A program made the translations under genes and the position numbers. A stretch of 64,000 nucleotides of DNA from a virus: positions 42,257 through 106,256 of the IMG/VR virus record IMGVR_UViG_3300045988_107889. One strand, 5' to 3'. Below are positions 31,847 to 40,396 of the stretch, piece after piece (within the stretch, counting starts at the first letter, position 1; the number at the start of each line of letters is the position of its first letter). The notes below the pieces were generated by a model. That model ran no database searches and was not told the DNA's origin. It saw only the letters and a program-made list of their open reading frames with translations.

Positions 31847-32173
31847 ATGACAAAAGAAATTTTTGTTAGCATTATGAAAAGGCTAATGGATTTGGATAGC
31901 AGGATGAACGCAGTGGACTCTGCCATGAAAAAACTTAATCCTGATTTCTGCGGCCTCTACATTACGGATATTTTCGACATAGCAATACAACTGATCGAAG
32001 ACGCGATGCACGATGACGAACATTGGGTTAGTTATTGCATTTATGAGAAAGACTGGCTAAAGGATTTTAAGATCGGAGATGTATTTGTCTCACACGGGGA
32101 GGAGAAAAAAGAGTACATCGACCTATCATCGTGGGATAAAGTTTATGATTTCTTGATTGAGATTTCTATTTGA
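31847..32173 (+). CDS. hypothetical protein
   Basis: ATG at 31847 directly after the previous stop. Confidence 0.55.
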   Translation: MTKEIFVSIMKRLMDLDSRMNAVDSAMKKLNPDFCGLYITDIFDIAIQLIEDAMHDDEHWVSYCIYEKDWLKDFKIGDVFVSHGEEKKEYIDLSSWDKVYDFLIEISI

Positions 32174-32201
32174 AAATTAAAATAAGGTTTGAGGATAGTA
32201 C

Positions 32202-32786
32202 ATGGAAAATGTAAAGTATCAAGTATCATCGCATTGTAAAACTCGTTACGCGGAACGCGTTATGGGCAAAAGGGAGAAGCCAGACGCTGCTCGTTTTGTT
32301 TCTCTGAATGAAGATAAGATTAAGACAGATATTAACAAGATGATAGAATACGGCAGTTGTATTTATTCAGGCAGACAATCTCAGAAGGATGGCAAGGGCA
32401 AAGTAATTGACGTTTATGTGCAAGATACTTGGGTGCTCCTTGTAGACGAACGAGAAAAGGTTGTCGTGACTCTTTACAAGATCGACCTTGGTTTAGGTGA
32501 TGAATTTAACAATACATATGTAACTAAAATGCTGGATAAATTGAACTCTACTAAGGCAACTCTGGAGGATATTCAGAAGCAAGTGCAGGAAGAGTCTGAC
32601 ATGTATAGGAAAATGATTGAGGAGGCAGACGCCCAGATCAAAGATAGAAGATCTGAGATCAAAAGCTTAGAAGAGTTGAGGGAAGCGTACAAGATTATCA
32701 TCAATAACAACTGTGTTAAGGTAGCGCAGGCGAATAAAGACGTCACTGACGTACTGAATAAACTGATTGAGAAGAGAGTTTTTTAA
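32202..32786 (+). CDS. hypothetical protein with C-terminal coiled coil
   Basis: 194-aa ORF. Confidence 0.6.
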   Translation: MENVKYQVSSHCKTRYAERVMGKREKPDAARFVSLNEDKIKTDINKMIEYGSCIYSGRQSQKDGKGKVIDVYVQDTWVLLVDEREKVVVTLYKIDLGLGDEFNNTYVTKMLDKLNSTKATLEDIQKQVQEESDMYRKMIEEADAQIKDRRSEIKSLEELREAYKIIINNNCVKVAQANKDVTDVLNKLIEKRVF

Positions 32787-32931
32787 TAGGTGTTTTATGT
32801 ACAATTTTTATGATGATTATAAAAACCCTATTTCGGAGATTGAACAGGAACAAATACATACCCAAGCACAGAGTTTGAGCTGGTAATGCGTAGAAAGACT
32901 AGTGAAGATAGGTAAAGACGAGGTGAATATT

Positions 32932-33801
32932 ATGTCGGTAAAAGATGCGCTCGGCGACAGAATGAAAGCGTACTACGAAAGCATTCCGAAGACAAAGCTA
33001 ATGCGAAGAACGCCGGTTGCGATCAGACTGGATGGTAAAGCGTTTCACACTTTCACAAAAGGTTTTCAAAAGCCTTTTGATGATGTGCTGATCAAATCAA
33101 TGCAAGATACAATGAAGTACCTCTGTGAGAACATCCAGGGTGTGGTGTTTGGCTACACTCAATCCGATGAAATCACGTTAATTCTTGTAGACTATAAGAA
33201 TCTTAATTCTGCTGCTTGGTTTGATTATGAGGTGCAGAAAATGTGCAGCGTGGCAGCGAGCATGGCTACCCTTGCGTTTAACAAAGCGTTTGCAAAGCGG
33301 TACGACGAGTGGGGTAGAGAACAGTTCCCGTGCTGGGATGAAGGTGGCACAAATGATCCTATTGATAAAGATCTGCTGAAGCTGAGTTGGACTTATGGTT
33401 ATGCCGAAGGTAGAGGGGCTATGTTCGATGCAAGAGTGTTCAACGTCCCAAAAGAAGAAGTGGCGAACCTCATCTATTGGAGGCAGCTGGATGCTATCAG
33501 AAATAGCATTCAAATGGTTGGTAGAGCAAACTTTAGCCATCGAGAACTAGATCGTAAGTCTTGCAGCGATATCCAGGATATGCTGATGACAGAGAAGGAA
33601 ATTAACTGGAATGACTTTCCTGCGTGTCAAAAGAGAGGTAGTTGCTGCGTTAAAATGTATCAAGTTGGTGAACAGGAATGGAAGAGTCACGCCGAAGATG
33701 AGTTGATGCCTAGTGGAAGAACTAAGTGGGAAGTGATTGATGAGGTTCCTATCTTCAAAGGGAGCGAAAGATGTTACATAGAGAAATTGATTTACTTGTA
33801 A
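32932..33801 (+). CDS. Thg1-like protein (tRNA-His guanylyltransferase / 3'-5' nucleotidyltransferase family)
   Basis: GDRMKAYYES...PVAIRLDGKAFHTFTKGF..KPFD...VFGYTQSDEITLIL matches the Thg1/TLP N-terminal signature. ATG at 32932 after GAGGTGA. Confidence 0.75.
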   Translation: MSVKDALGDRMKAYYESIPKTKLMRRTPVAIRLDGKAFHTFTKGFQKPFDDVLIKSMQDTMKYLCENIQGVVFGYTQSDEITLILVDYKNLNSAAWFDYEVQKMCSVAASMATLAFNKAFAKRYDEWGREQFPCWDEGGTNDPIDKDLLKLSWTYGYAEGRGAMFDARVFNVPKEEVANLIYWRQLDAIRNSIQMVGRANFSHRELDRKSCSDIQDMLMTEKEINWNDFPACQKRGSCCVKMYQVGEQEWKSHAEDELMPSGRTKWEVIDEVPIFKGSERCYIEKLIYL

Positions 33802-34337
33802 GTAAACTCATGAGTGAAATACATACAAGGATTTTTCTTGAAGTGTGGATGAGGCTAATCGTAAATAAATGTCTGGCGGAAGAAAGTGGGGGAAGATCCT
33901 ACTTCACAAGACTTGATGCTGAAGTGAAGAAGCAGCCCGAGCTACTTGCGGAGTACATGAAATATGTTACTGATAGGTCAGGCGTTTATGACGTGGTTGT
34001 TAGTGGTGAGATAGGTGACAGGTACGCCGAGCTGCAGTGTGCTGGGGAAATTCCAGATAACATCAATCTATTTTTATTGCCGGGCGGCCTGAGAGAGAAC
34101 CCCACAAAACTAGCTTCAAAAGGGCGTCGTTGCGAGAACTCACAGTGGAAAGAATTCATATTCCTTGACGATAGCTACTATAGCGGGAAGACGTTGAATG
34201 CCGTGACAGATTATATGTGTTATGTCGGCGGGAGTGTCAAACATGCGTACGTGTTTTACGATGGGTCTCCGGCAAGAAATAAAGATGTGAGCAGTCTGTA
34301 TCGGTACTATGATTTTTACGGAGGGAATCATGTTTGA
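33771..34337 (+). CDS. phosphoribosyltransferase-like protein (start uncertain; alternative ATG at 33810)
   Basis: EFIFLDDSYYSGKTLNAV resembles the PRTase PRPP loop (hhhhDDhhxTGxT). Confidence 0.45.
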   Translation: MLHREIDLLVSKLMSEIHTRIFLEVWMRLIVNKCLAEESGGRSYFTRLDAEVKKQPELLAEYMKYVTDRSGVYDVVVSGEIGDRYAELQCAGEIPDNINLFLLPGGLRENPTKLASKGRRCENSQWKEFIFLDDSYYSGKTLNAVTDYMCYVGGSVKHAYVFYDGSPARNKDVSSLYRYYDFYGGNHV

Positions 34338-34617
34338 AAAATCCTGGGGTATTTGCGGCCTCGATTATGAATCAGCCTGCGTTTTGATGGATAGGATCGA
34401 ACGAACCTGTGGTAAAGAAGTAGCACATAGATTTAGGAACAAGAGGTCGGTGTATACGGAGTTCGTGGATGGAACCAAACTATTGTGGATGCCGCGTGAT
34501 GTCTGTTACGCAAAAAGAGTTGGGAGACTTTGGTGTGACAAAAAGATTAAAAACGAGGTCGAATATATTGTCCGTGGAATTTACATGGGAAGGTACGAAG
34601 ATATTATTTGGGTTTAA
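34330..34617 (+). CDS. hypothetical protein
   Basis: ATG at 34330 after GGAGGG. Confidence 0.55.
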   Translation: MFEKSWGICGLDYESACVLMDRIERTCGKEVAHRFRNKRSVYTEFVDGTKLLWMPRDVCYAKRVGRLWCDKKIKNEVEYIVRGIYMGRYEDIIWV

Positions 34618-34631
34618 AGGAGGCGAAGATA

Positions 34632-34865
34632 GTGTCTAGACAAACCGTAAGTCTTTATGAAGACGTGATTACTGCAAGTGGTGCAATACGCGAAATAATT
34701 CAGGGCGATTATAGAGTGGTTACAATGGCGGCGACACCGAAGCACGGAGTAATTGTTGTGTATGAACAGGTTGAGAAGAAGTCGTCGGGCGGCAGTCGCG
34801 ATCTAATAGACGACATCAAGAACGGGAAAGGATTACCTCCTCTGCCGAAAAAAGAATGGGCGTGA
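34632..34865 (+). CDS. hypothetical protein
   Basis: GTG at 34632, 8 nt after AGGAGG. Confidence 0.5.
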   Translation: MSRQTVSLYEDVITASGAIREIIQGDYRVVTMAATPKHGVIVVYEQVEKKSSGGSRDLIDDIKNGKGLPPLPKKEWA

Positions 34866-34872
34866 GAGGTGA

Positions 34873-35112
34873 GTGAAGCGATATGATTTTATCAATATGT
34901 GGAGCGATGATGCGGCACTCCCGGAGCGAAAACTGATATATGTGGGCAACCCGTCAGACGAAATTTGGACTACTAAAGCCGGGAATAAACTCACAGTTGG
35001 AAGTATGACCGATGATTATATTGAGAATTGCTATCGTATGGTAAGACCGCTAGACGAGTATTGGTCGCTTGTGTTCGAGGCGGAGCTAGCCAAGCGAGGC
35101 ATTAAAATTTAA
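34873..35112 (+). CDS. hypothetical protein
   Basis: 79-aa ORF with a GTG start after GAGAGGTGA. Confidence 0.5.
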   Translation: MKRYDFINMWSDDAALPERKLIYVGNPSDEIWTTKAGNKLTVGSMTDDYIENCYRMVRPLDEYWSLVFEAELAKRGIKI

Positions 35113-35136
35113 CTACTGTTTCATGGAGGGATACAT

Positions 35137-35346
35137 ATGGCGACAGAACTTAATATTTGGGATAACGAAAGGAAGATTCGTGCTATTAAAGAGTGTGGGC
35201 AGTCTTTGATCAACAACGCGGAGAGTATTATTGGTAACTACAAATACCTGAAAGGCGTTATCGTTACTTGCTATATTGACGATCCAGGTGCGGAGCCGTA
35301 CATCAATGTTAGTGCTGACTTCTATCCAGAAGGAATTTCAGGCTAA
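35137..35346 (+). CDS. hypothetical protein
   Basis: 69-aa ORF with GGAGGG upstream. Confidence 0.55.
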   Translation: MATELNIWDNERKIRAIKECGQSLINNAESIIGNYKYLKGVIVTCYIDDPGAEPYINVSADFYPEGISG

Positions 35347-35359
35347 AGGAGTGGGTTGT

Positions 35360-35530
35360 ATGATTGCAACAAACATTAAGTGGGACACGGATGGCGACAA
35401 GGAGCTTCTAAGTCAACTGCCAGAAAGTGTTGAAGTCCCGAAGAGTATGACGGATATAGATGAGATTTCAGACTTTCTGTCTGATACTTATGGGTTTTGC
35501 CATACCGGATTTGATTTAGCTTGTGTGTAA
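35360..35530 (+). CDS. small acidic protein
   Basis: ATG at 35360 after AAAGGAG. 56 aa. Confidence 0.5.
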   Translation: MIATNIKWDTDGDKELLSQLPESVEVPKSMTDIDEISDFLSDTYGFCHTGFDLACV

Positions 35531-35563
35531 ATGCAGTGACACAGATTTGTAAAGGAGTACATA

Positions 35564-35878
35564 ATGACTGTTGAAGAACTGAGAATTGAAGCTGACAAGT
35601 TGGGTTATAACCTCACGAAGAAACCAGAAAGTATTAAACTGCTGCCGTGCCCTGTGTGCGGCAGCAAAACTACTAGCGAGTGGTTTGGTGGTGGTAAATA
35701 CATTAGACGCTGTAGAAATTGGCAGGCCGAGTCTGACGATCAGTTTTGCGTGAGAGGTACTCGAAAGACTTGCGCGTTTGAGGGAGCACCCGCAGAGACT
35801 GCAAAGCAGGCAAAGCGGAATTGGAACGATGCGGTCGTCGCATACATGAATAGACATGGAGAAGACAATGCGGTTTAA
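35564..35878 (+). CDS. zinc-ribbon protein, possibly Lar-like restriction alleviation
   Basis: Contains LLPCPVCGSK...AKQAKRNWNDAV. AAAGGAG upstream. Weak family call. Confidence 0.55.
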   Translation: MTVEELRIEADKLGYNLTKKPESIKLLPCPVCGSKTTSEWFGGGKYIRRCRNWQAESDDQFCVRGTRKTCAFEGAPAETAKQAKRNWNDAVVAYMNRHGEDNAV

Positions 35879-36137
35879 AGAATTTGAAATCAGACCAATC
35901 GTTCATTCTGCCAGCCAAGAGACCAGAGATTACGAGCTAGTGAAGTGGTTCGGCGACGACCACTGCTACGCGATCGCCAGGATCTATTGGGATTTAAAAG
36001 AGAATTTCTGGGGTTTCGAGTCGTATGGGATGAGGTTTTTTGATGACTATGTAAACGGTTTGGCGATGTATGTAAAGAAATATATTGAACTACTGGAGGT
36101 TATAAGAGTAGCTGATGGAGGTGGGAAATTAGAGTGA
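35856..36137 (+). CDS. hypothetical protein
   Basis: 93-aa ORF. Confidence 0.5.
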   Translation: MEKTMRFKEFEIRPIVHSASQETRDYELVKWFGDDHCYAIARIYWDLKENFWGFESYGMRFFDDYVNGLAMYVKKYIELLEVIRVADGGGKLE

Positions 36138-36298
36138 GCACTTTACATTTTATTATAGACATATTGGACCTTATTACTATTGCTGCGTTTGCAAGCGGCT
36201 ATAGCGAGGAGCTTGCTAGTCGCAGTAAGAGGTTCTTTGTAGGAAGCTTTCTCTTCATTGCCTCCACCGTGCTCTCGGCGATTGATCTGTTTGTTTAG
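36134..36298 (+). CDS. small membrane protein (below the track size cutoff)
   Basis: GTG in a GTGA overlap. 54 aa with two hydrophobic helices. The antisense ORF 36143..36403 is rejected. Confidence 0.4.
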   Translation: MSTLHFIIDILDLITIAAFASGYSEELASRSKRFFVGSFLFIASTVLSAIDLFV

Positions 36299-36335
36299 AT
36301 TGTGCTTGAATTTAAAGATGTGGAAGGAGTTAACA

Positions 36336-36602
36336 ATGGACTTTGAAACAATGACGAGAATTACAGTTGAACATAATGTGTCACCAGACGAAAATAACTG
36401 CACTTACGGTGGAGACTTTTATGGGAAGTATGTGTGTAAATATCATAGACGAAGAAATCGCACGCACGGTAAGAAAGCTCCGACAGAATATCATGTGCCA
36501 AAATGCACACTTTTTAATGTGTGGCTAAAAGAGGACTGTGTAAAGTGTGAAGAGTGTCGCGATGCTTGCTCCGATGGGCGGCAGGTGTCTGTAGCTCGCT
36601 AA
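36336..36602 (+). CDS. Cys-rich hypothetical protein
   Basis: ATG at 36336 after GAAGGAG. Confidence 0.55.
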   Translation: MDFETMTRITVEHNVSPDENNCTYGGDFYGKYVCKYHRRRNRTHGKKAPTEYHVPKCTLFNVWLKEDCVKCEECRDACSDGRQVSVAR

Positions 36603-36614
36603 GGAACTGGGTAA

Positions 36615-36968
36615 GTGAATAAAGTACGTGCCGTAACGATAGATCTGCTACAATCGTTAGGCTGCAGATTTTCGCAGTGTGGTGCTGGCTACCTGCAGGA
36701 CGCAATATGCACGGTAGCAGAAGAGAAAGATTTCTATGGGTTTGAATTGAAAGAACTTATCAAGAGTCTTGAGCACAAGTATGGGGCGTCGTTCAAATCC
36801 GTAGAAAAAGCTATGCAAAGGAACGTAGTAAGTATGCTGGATGTAAAGCAACCAATCCAGTATTTGTATGACCTGTTTCCGGACGATGATTTCTATAGAA
36901 CCGGAGATATAACACTAAAAAAGTTTATCCGTACAACGGCAATCGAGGTTAGTAAGATTGCTTGCTAA
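36615..36968 (+). CDS. Spo0A C-terminal-like DNA-binding protein
   Basis: TIDLLQSLGCRFSQCGAGYLQDAICTV...LKELIKSLEHKYGASFKSVEKAMQRNV parallels Spo0A-C (IGVPAHIKGYLYLREAI...IAKKFNTTASRVERAIRHAI), recalled from memory. Confidence 0.5.
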   Translation: MNKVRAVTIDLLQSLGCRFSQCGAGYLQDAICTVAEEKDFYGFELKELIKSLEHKYGASFKSVEKAMQRNVVSMLDVKQPIQYLYDLFPDDDFYRTGDITLKKFIRTTAIEVSKIAC

Positions 36969-36977
36969 GGAGGGTAT

Positions 36978-37178
36978 ATGAAAGAAAAAATTGTTGGAGT
37001 TTGGACGGCGATCACGTTGGCGTTGATCATTGCCGTCCTCTTTCTTTTGGGACGATATGTCTCGGAGTTGTTCGCGGCTGCTACTGTGGTGATTCTTATG
37101 CCAGCCGGAGCATTCTTCCTGTGGTATATCATTTCCAGAAAGCTGAAGGAGTTGTTGAAAGGCGGGACGAAGAAATGA
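36978..37178 (+). CDS. small membrane protein
   Basis: 66 aa with two TM helices. AAGGAGGG upstream. Confidence 0.55.
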   Translation: MKEKIVGVWTAITLALIIAVLFLLGRYVSELFAAATVVILMPAGAFFLWYIISRKLKELLKGGTKK

Positions 37179-37265
37179 GAAGACTGTGTAAGGTTTTGGA
37201 TATCGTGACAGAATCGCTCTGGGGACTGGTTTACTTGCTTATGTTTGCAATTGGGGTTTGTGCTT

Positions 37266-39287
37266 ATGTCAATGTATAAGCCGATATCACTTGATAAAGA
37301 GCAGCAGCGTCTTGACGACATCGAACTCATGCAAGAGCTAGTATATTTTATAAATTGTTTCAACGATAGCTATTTTAATGGTGGCGAAAATGTAGTAAGC
37401 GACAGGGAGTTTGACGAGTTTATAGCCGCGTTAGCTTGGCTTGAAAAAGAAACAGGCGTCGTGTACTCCAACTCTCCAACAAGAACTGTTGGCAGCAAAG
37501 TGGTCAGCAATCTGCAAAAGGTAGCACATACACACAAGTTGCTGTCCCTCGCTAAGACAACTGAGCTAAATGAGTTTGTTGAGTATTTTAATCAATATGA
37601 GTTCGTGTTGATGCCGAAACTAGATGGCATTACTTGCGCTCTTACATACGAACACGGTGTTCTTAAACGCGCCGAGACACGGGGAGATGGCACCGTAGGC
37701 GAGGACATTACTCATAACGCAAGAGAGTTTGCCAATATCCCGTTGACCATCCCATATCAAGGTGAGCTGTATGTGGATGGAGAGGCAGTAATCACTTATG
37801 AAGAATTTGAAAAAATCAAAAAGGCCGAGAACACCGATTATAAGAACCCACGCAACCTTGTGAGCGGAACTGTTAGGCAACTAGATAATGCTGTTCTTCG
37901 TAAACGAAAAGTCACTTTCATAGCATGGCGAAATTCTACACCTGAATTTCAAGACGAAGACTTTCGAGACGCCATGCAAATGCTAGATAACCTGGGATTT
38001 ACAACCGCTCAGATTGTGTCCGCCCCTTCTTTCGGTAAGGGTGGTGTTGACGTTAAGGAATTTGTGAGCCGCACCATGAAAGCTATGAAGTGTACACCAT
38101 ATCCAATCGACGGGGTGGTCGGAACGTTCTGTGATCAGAAATATGGCCGGTCATTAGGTGAGACTTCTCACCATCCCAACCATAGTTTCGCCTTTAAGTT
38201 CTATCAGGAAAGAAACCTGACAACGCTTAGAGATATTGAGTGGAATACTACGAGAACCGGCACAATCAATCCGGTTGCTATGTTTGATCCAGTAGAAATT
38301 GACGGCACGACTGTGAGTAGAGCGAGCCTTTCTAATGTAAGCCAGATTAAAAAGCTGAAGCTTGGAATTGGCGATGAGATTGAAGTCATCAAAGCCAACC
38401 AAATCATCCCGATGGTAGTCCGCAATCTCACCCAAAGTGACACGTACCTGATTCCAAAGCGTTGTCCGGTTTGTGGGGAAGCTGCAGAGATTGTGTCAAG
38501 TAGTGAAGCCCAGCGTCTTGAGTGTACTAACGATAACTGTCCAGCGGTTTTAGTGGATCGGATTTCAAACTTCGTGTCTAGGCAAGGGATGAATATTGAT
38601 GGTTTATCTACGGAGCGCATCAAGCTTTTTGTCAATAACGGATGGTTGAAGAATCTTGCCGATATCTACCGGCTTGATAGATATAGTAATGATATGAAGC
38701 AGCTCGATGGGTTTGGTGACACCAGCGTGGACAAGCTGATGAGTGCGATAGAGAAGAGCGAGACCTGCGCAGCGGAAAACTTTATCGTTGCGATAGGAAT
38801 TCCGGGTGTCGGCAAAGCCGCTGCACCGGTTGTGGCCGGGGCGATCTTTGAAGCAATGGGCGAACGCTCGTTCATTGAGACACTATGTAGTCTGGCGAAC
38901 GCCGAGATGGACTGGAGCGGTCTTAGTGGAATTGGTACGAAGACCAGCGAAGGGATCAACGCCTACATCAAGAAGCATTCTGCAGAGGTTGCGGCACTGA
39001 ACCGCTATTTAGTTATCACCGTTAGAGAAAATAAGGAAAGCACAGGGATGACAGTCTGTGTGACAGGTAAACTGGAGACGTTCAAATCAAGAAAAGAGTT
39101 TGAGAAAGCTGTAAAGGATGTTGGCTGGAATGTGTCGTCAAGCGTGACAAAAGACGCAACCTGTTTGGTCTGCAATGACCCACAGAGTGGGAGTTTAAAG
39201 GTTAAGAAAGCTGTTAGCATGAAGATCCCGATTCTTTCGGAAGAAGGATTTTTAAATAATTACATGACGAAAGAAGGAGGAGAGTAA
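37266..39287 (+). CDS. ligA: NAD-dependent DNA ligase
   Basis: MPKLDGIT (KxDG adenylation lysine). CPVCGEAAEIV..CTNDNCPA zinc finger. HhH region IGIPGVGKAAA. BRCT-like C-terminus VCVTGKL..ILSEEGF. Confidence 0.9.
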   Translation: MSMYKPISLDKEQQRLDDIELMQELVYFINCFNDSYFNGGENVVSDREFDEFIAALAWLEKETGVVYSNSPTRTVGSKVVSNLQKVAHTHKLLSLAKTTELNEFVEYFNQYEFVLMPKLDGITCALTYEHGVLKRAETRGDGTVGEDITHNAREFANIPLTIPYQGELYVDGEAVITYEEFEKIKKAENTDYKNPRNLVSGTVRQLDNAVLRKRKVTFIAWRNSTPEFQDEDFRDAMQMLDNLGFTTAQIVSAPSFGKGGVDVKEFVSRTMKAMKCTPYPIDGVVGTFCDQKYGRSLGETSHHPNHSFAFKFYQERNLTTLRDIEWNTTRTGTINPVAMFDPVEIDGTTVSRASLSNVSQIKKLKLGIGDEIEVIKANQIIPMVVRNLTQSDTYLIPKRCPVCGEAAEIVSSSEAQRLECTNDNCPAVLVDRISNFVSRQGMNIDGLSTERIKLFVNNGWLKNLADIYRLDRYSNDMKQLDGFGDTSVDKLMSAIEKSETCAAENFIVAIGIPGVGKAAAPVVAGAIFEAMGERSFIETLCSLANAEMDWSGLSGIGTKTSEGINAYIKKHSAEVAALNRYLVITVRENKESTGMTVCVTGKLETFKSRKEFEKAVKDVGWNVSSSVTKDATCLVCNDPQSGSLKVKKAVSMKIPILSEEGFLNNYMTKEGGE

Positions 39288-39307
39288 TTATTACGAACGG
39301 TAATCCA

Positions 39308-39580
39308 ATGACAATTGATGAAGTGGTGGCTGCGGCTAAGGAAGCTGGATTGAGTTACGGTCAGTGGGTAGCGCAGAATCGCCCGAACGAGCAGGTACAT
39401 AGAAAGCGAAAGAACAAAGTGAGAGATGGCCGTATTAAGATTGATATTGACGAAGTGGCGTCTTTGTATCTAGACGGGATGAGCGCCAGTGATATCGCAA
39501 GAAAGATCAAGGTGACGCCGTCTGCAGTATACGTTGTTATTAAAACTCTTGGATTAAAAAGGCTGGAGGTAGTGGAATAA
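39308..39580 (+). CDS. HTH DNA-binding protein
   Basis: LYLDGMSASDIARKIKVTPSAVYVVIKTLG looks like a helix-turn-helix. Confidence 0.6.
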   Translation: MTIDEVVAAAKEAGLSYGQWVAQNRPNEQVHRKRKNKVRDGRIKIDIDEVASLYLDGMSASDIARKIKVTPSAVYVVIKTLGLKRLEVVE

Positions 39581-39750
39581 TGCCGGAGAATATTTTGGAT
39601 ACTAGTCCTTGTAGATTGTGTGATAGGGACTGGAAGTGTACTCGCCAGTGTCCTGACTGGCAAGCATGGGTCGCCTGCACATGGCGACAAGTGACAGATA
39701 GATTTAAGGAAAAGCCCGAAGTTCCACCGAAGGATACAGGGGAAAAGTGA
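39580..39750 (+). CDS. small Cys-rich protein (below the track size cutoff)
   Basis: ATG at 39580 overlaps the TAA. 56 aa with CRLCDRDWKCTRQCPDW. Confidence 0.4.
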   Translation: MPENILDTSPCRLCDRDWKCTRQCPDWQAWVACTWRQVTDRFKEKPEVPPKDTGEK

Positions 39751-39822
39751 GTGAGGGCTAGATACAACCTCTTTCCACCCTGTAAGTTGTCGGTGCCTAA
39801 CCGTCGGGTAGAAGGAGGTTTC

Positions 39823-40236
39823 ATGGAATACGATAAGCCGCGACTAGGCGACATATATCTAATGAGTTTTAGTGGGGTTGGCAGTGAACAGAAAGGCGTC
39901 AGGCCGGGAATCATTTTCCAAAACGATATTGGAAATGACAGAAGCCCGAACGTCATAGCGCTGCCACTCACGACCAGAATTAAGAATCTGACTCAACCCA
40001 CACATGTACTTCTGCCAGCGGAGAAATACAACCTGCTGGCGGATAGCATTGTCTTATGTGAGAATCCGCAGAGGATGTCAAAGTCAAGACTGCTGAAATA
40101 TCTAGGTGCTCTAGAAGAGGAGGATATTAAGAGCATAGCTATTGGAAACATCCTATCCTCCTCGGCCATCGCCCTTCTTTCAGAGGAGGAACTCCTGAAC
40201 GTATGGAAGGAGTCAAAAAGGATTCAAGGATTGTGA
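39823..40236 (+). CDS. MazF/PemK-family endoribonuclease toxin homolog
   Basis: GDIYLMSFSGVGSEQKGVRPGIIFQND...VIALPLTT. ATG at 39823 after GAAGGAGG. Confidence 0.75.
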   Translation: MEYDKPRLGDIYLMSFSGVGSEQKGVRPGIIFQNDIGNDRSPNVIALPLTTRIKNLTQPTHVLLPAEKYNLLADSIVLCENPQRMSKSRLLKYLGALEEEDIKSIAIGNILSSSAIALLSEEELLNVWKESKRIQGL

Positions 40237-40255
40237 TTTTAAGTGGCTGCTCTTT

Positions 40256-40319
40256 CGCGAAACTCGTCAGACGAGTTTCGCGAAAAGGGGTAGACATTTG
40301 AAAAATAAAGCTATATAAT
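40256..40319 (+). promoter_or_regulatory. conserved hairpin + promoter module (copy 2), drives the recombination/replication operon
   Basis: Hairpin CGCGAAACTCGTC/GACGAGTTTCGCG (40256-40282). TAGACA (40291-40296), 17 nt, TATAAT (40314-40319). Confidence 0.6.
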
Positions 40320-40396
40320 ATAATCACGCTGAGCGGTTAAAAAATATAAGGTTATTTTGCAACACAGCCAGCGCAAAAAATGAGATGAGGTGAAAT

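Noticed and set aside
36143-36403. 86-aa minus-strand ORF in an otherwise plus-strand block.
   Set aside because: A plus-strand 54-aa membrane ORF (36134..36298, GTGA overlap) and the start of 36336..36602 explain the interval better.
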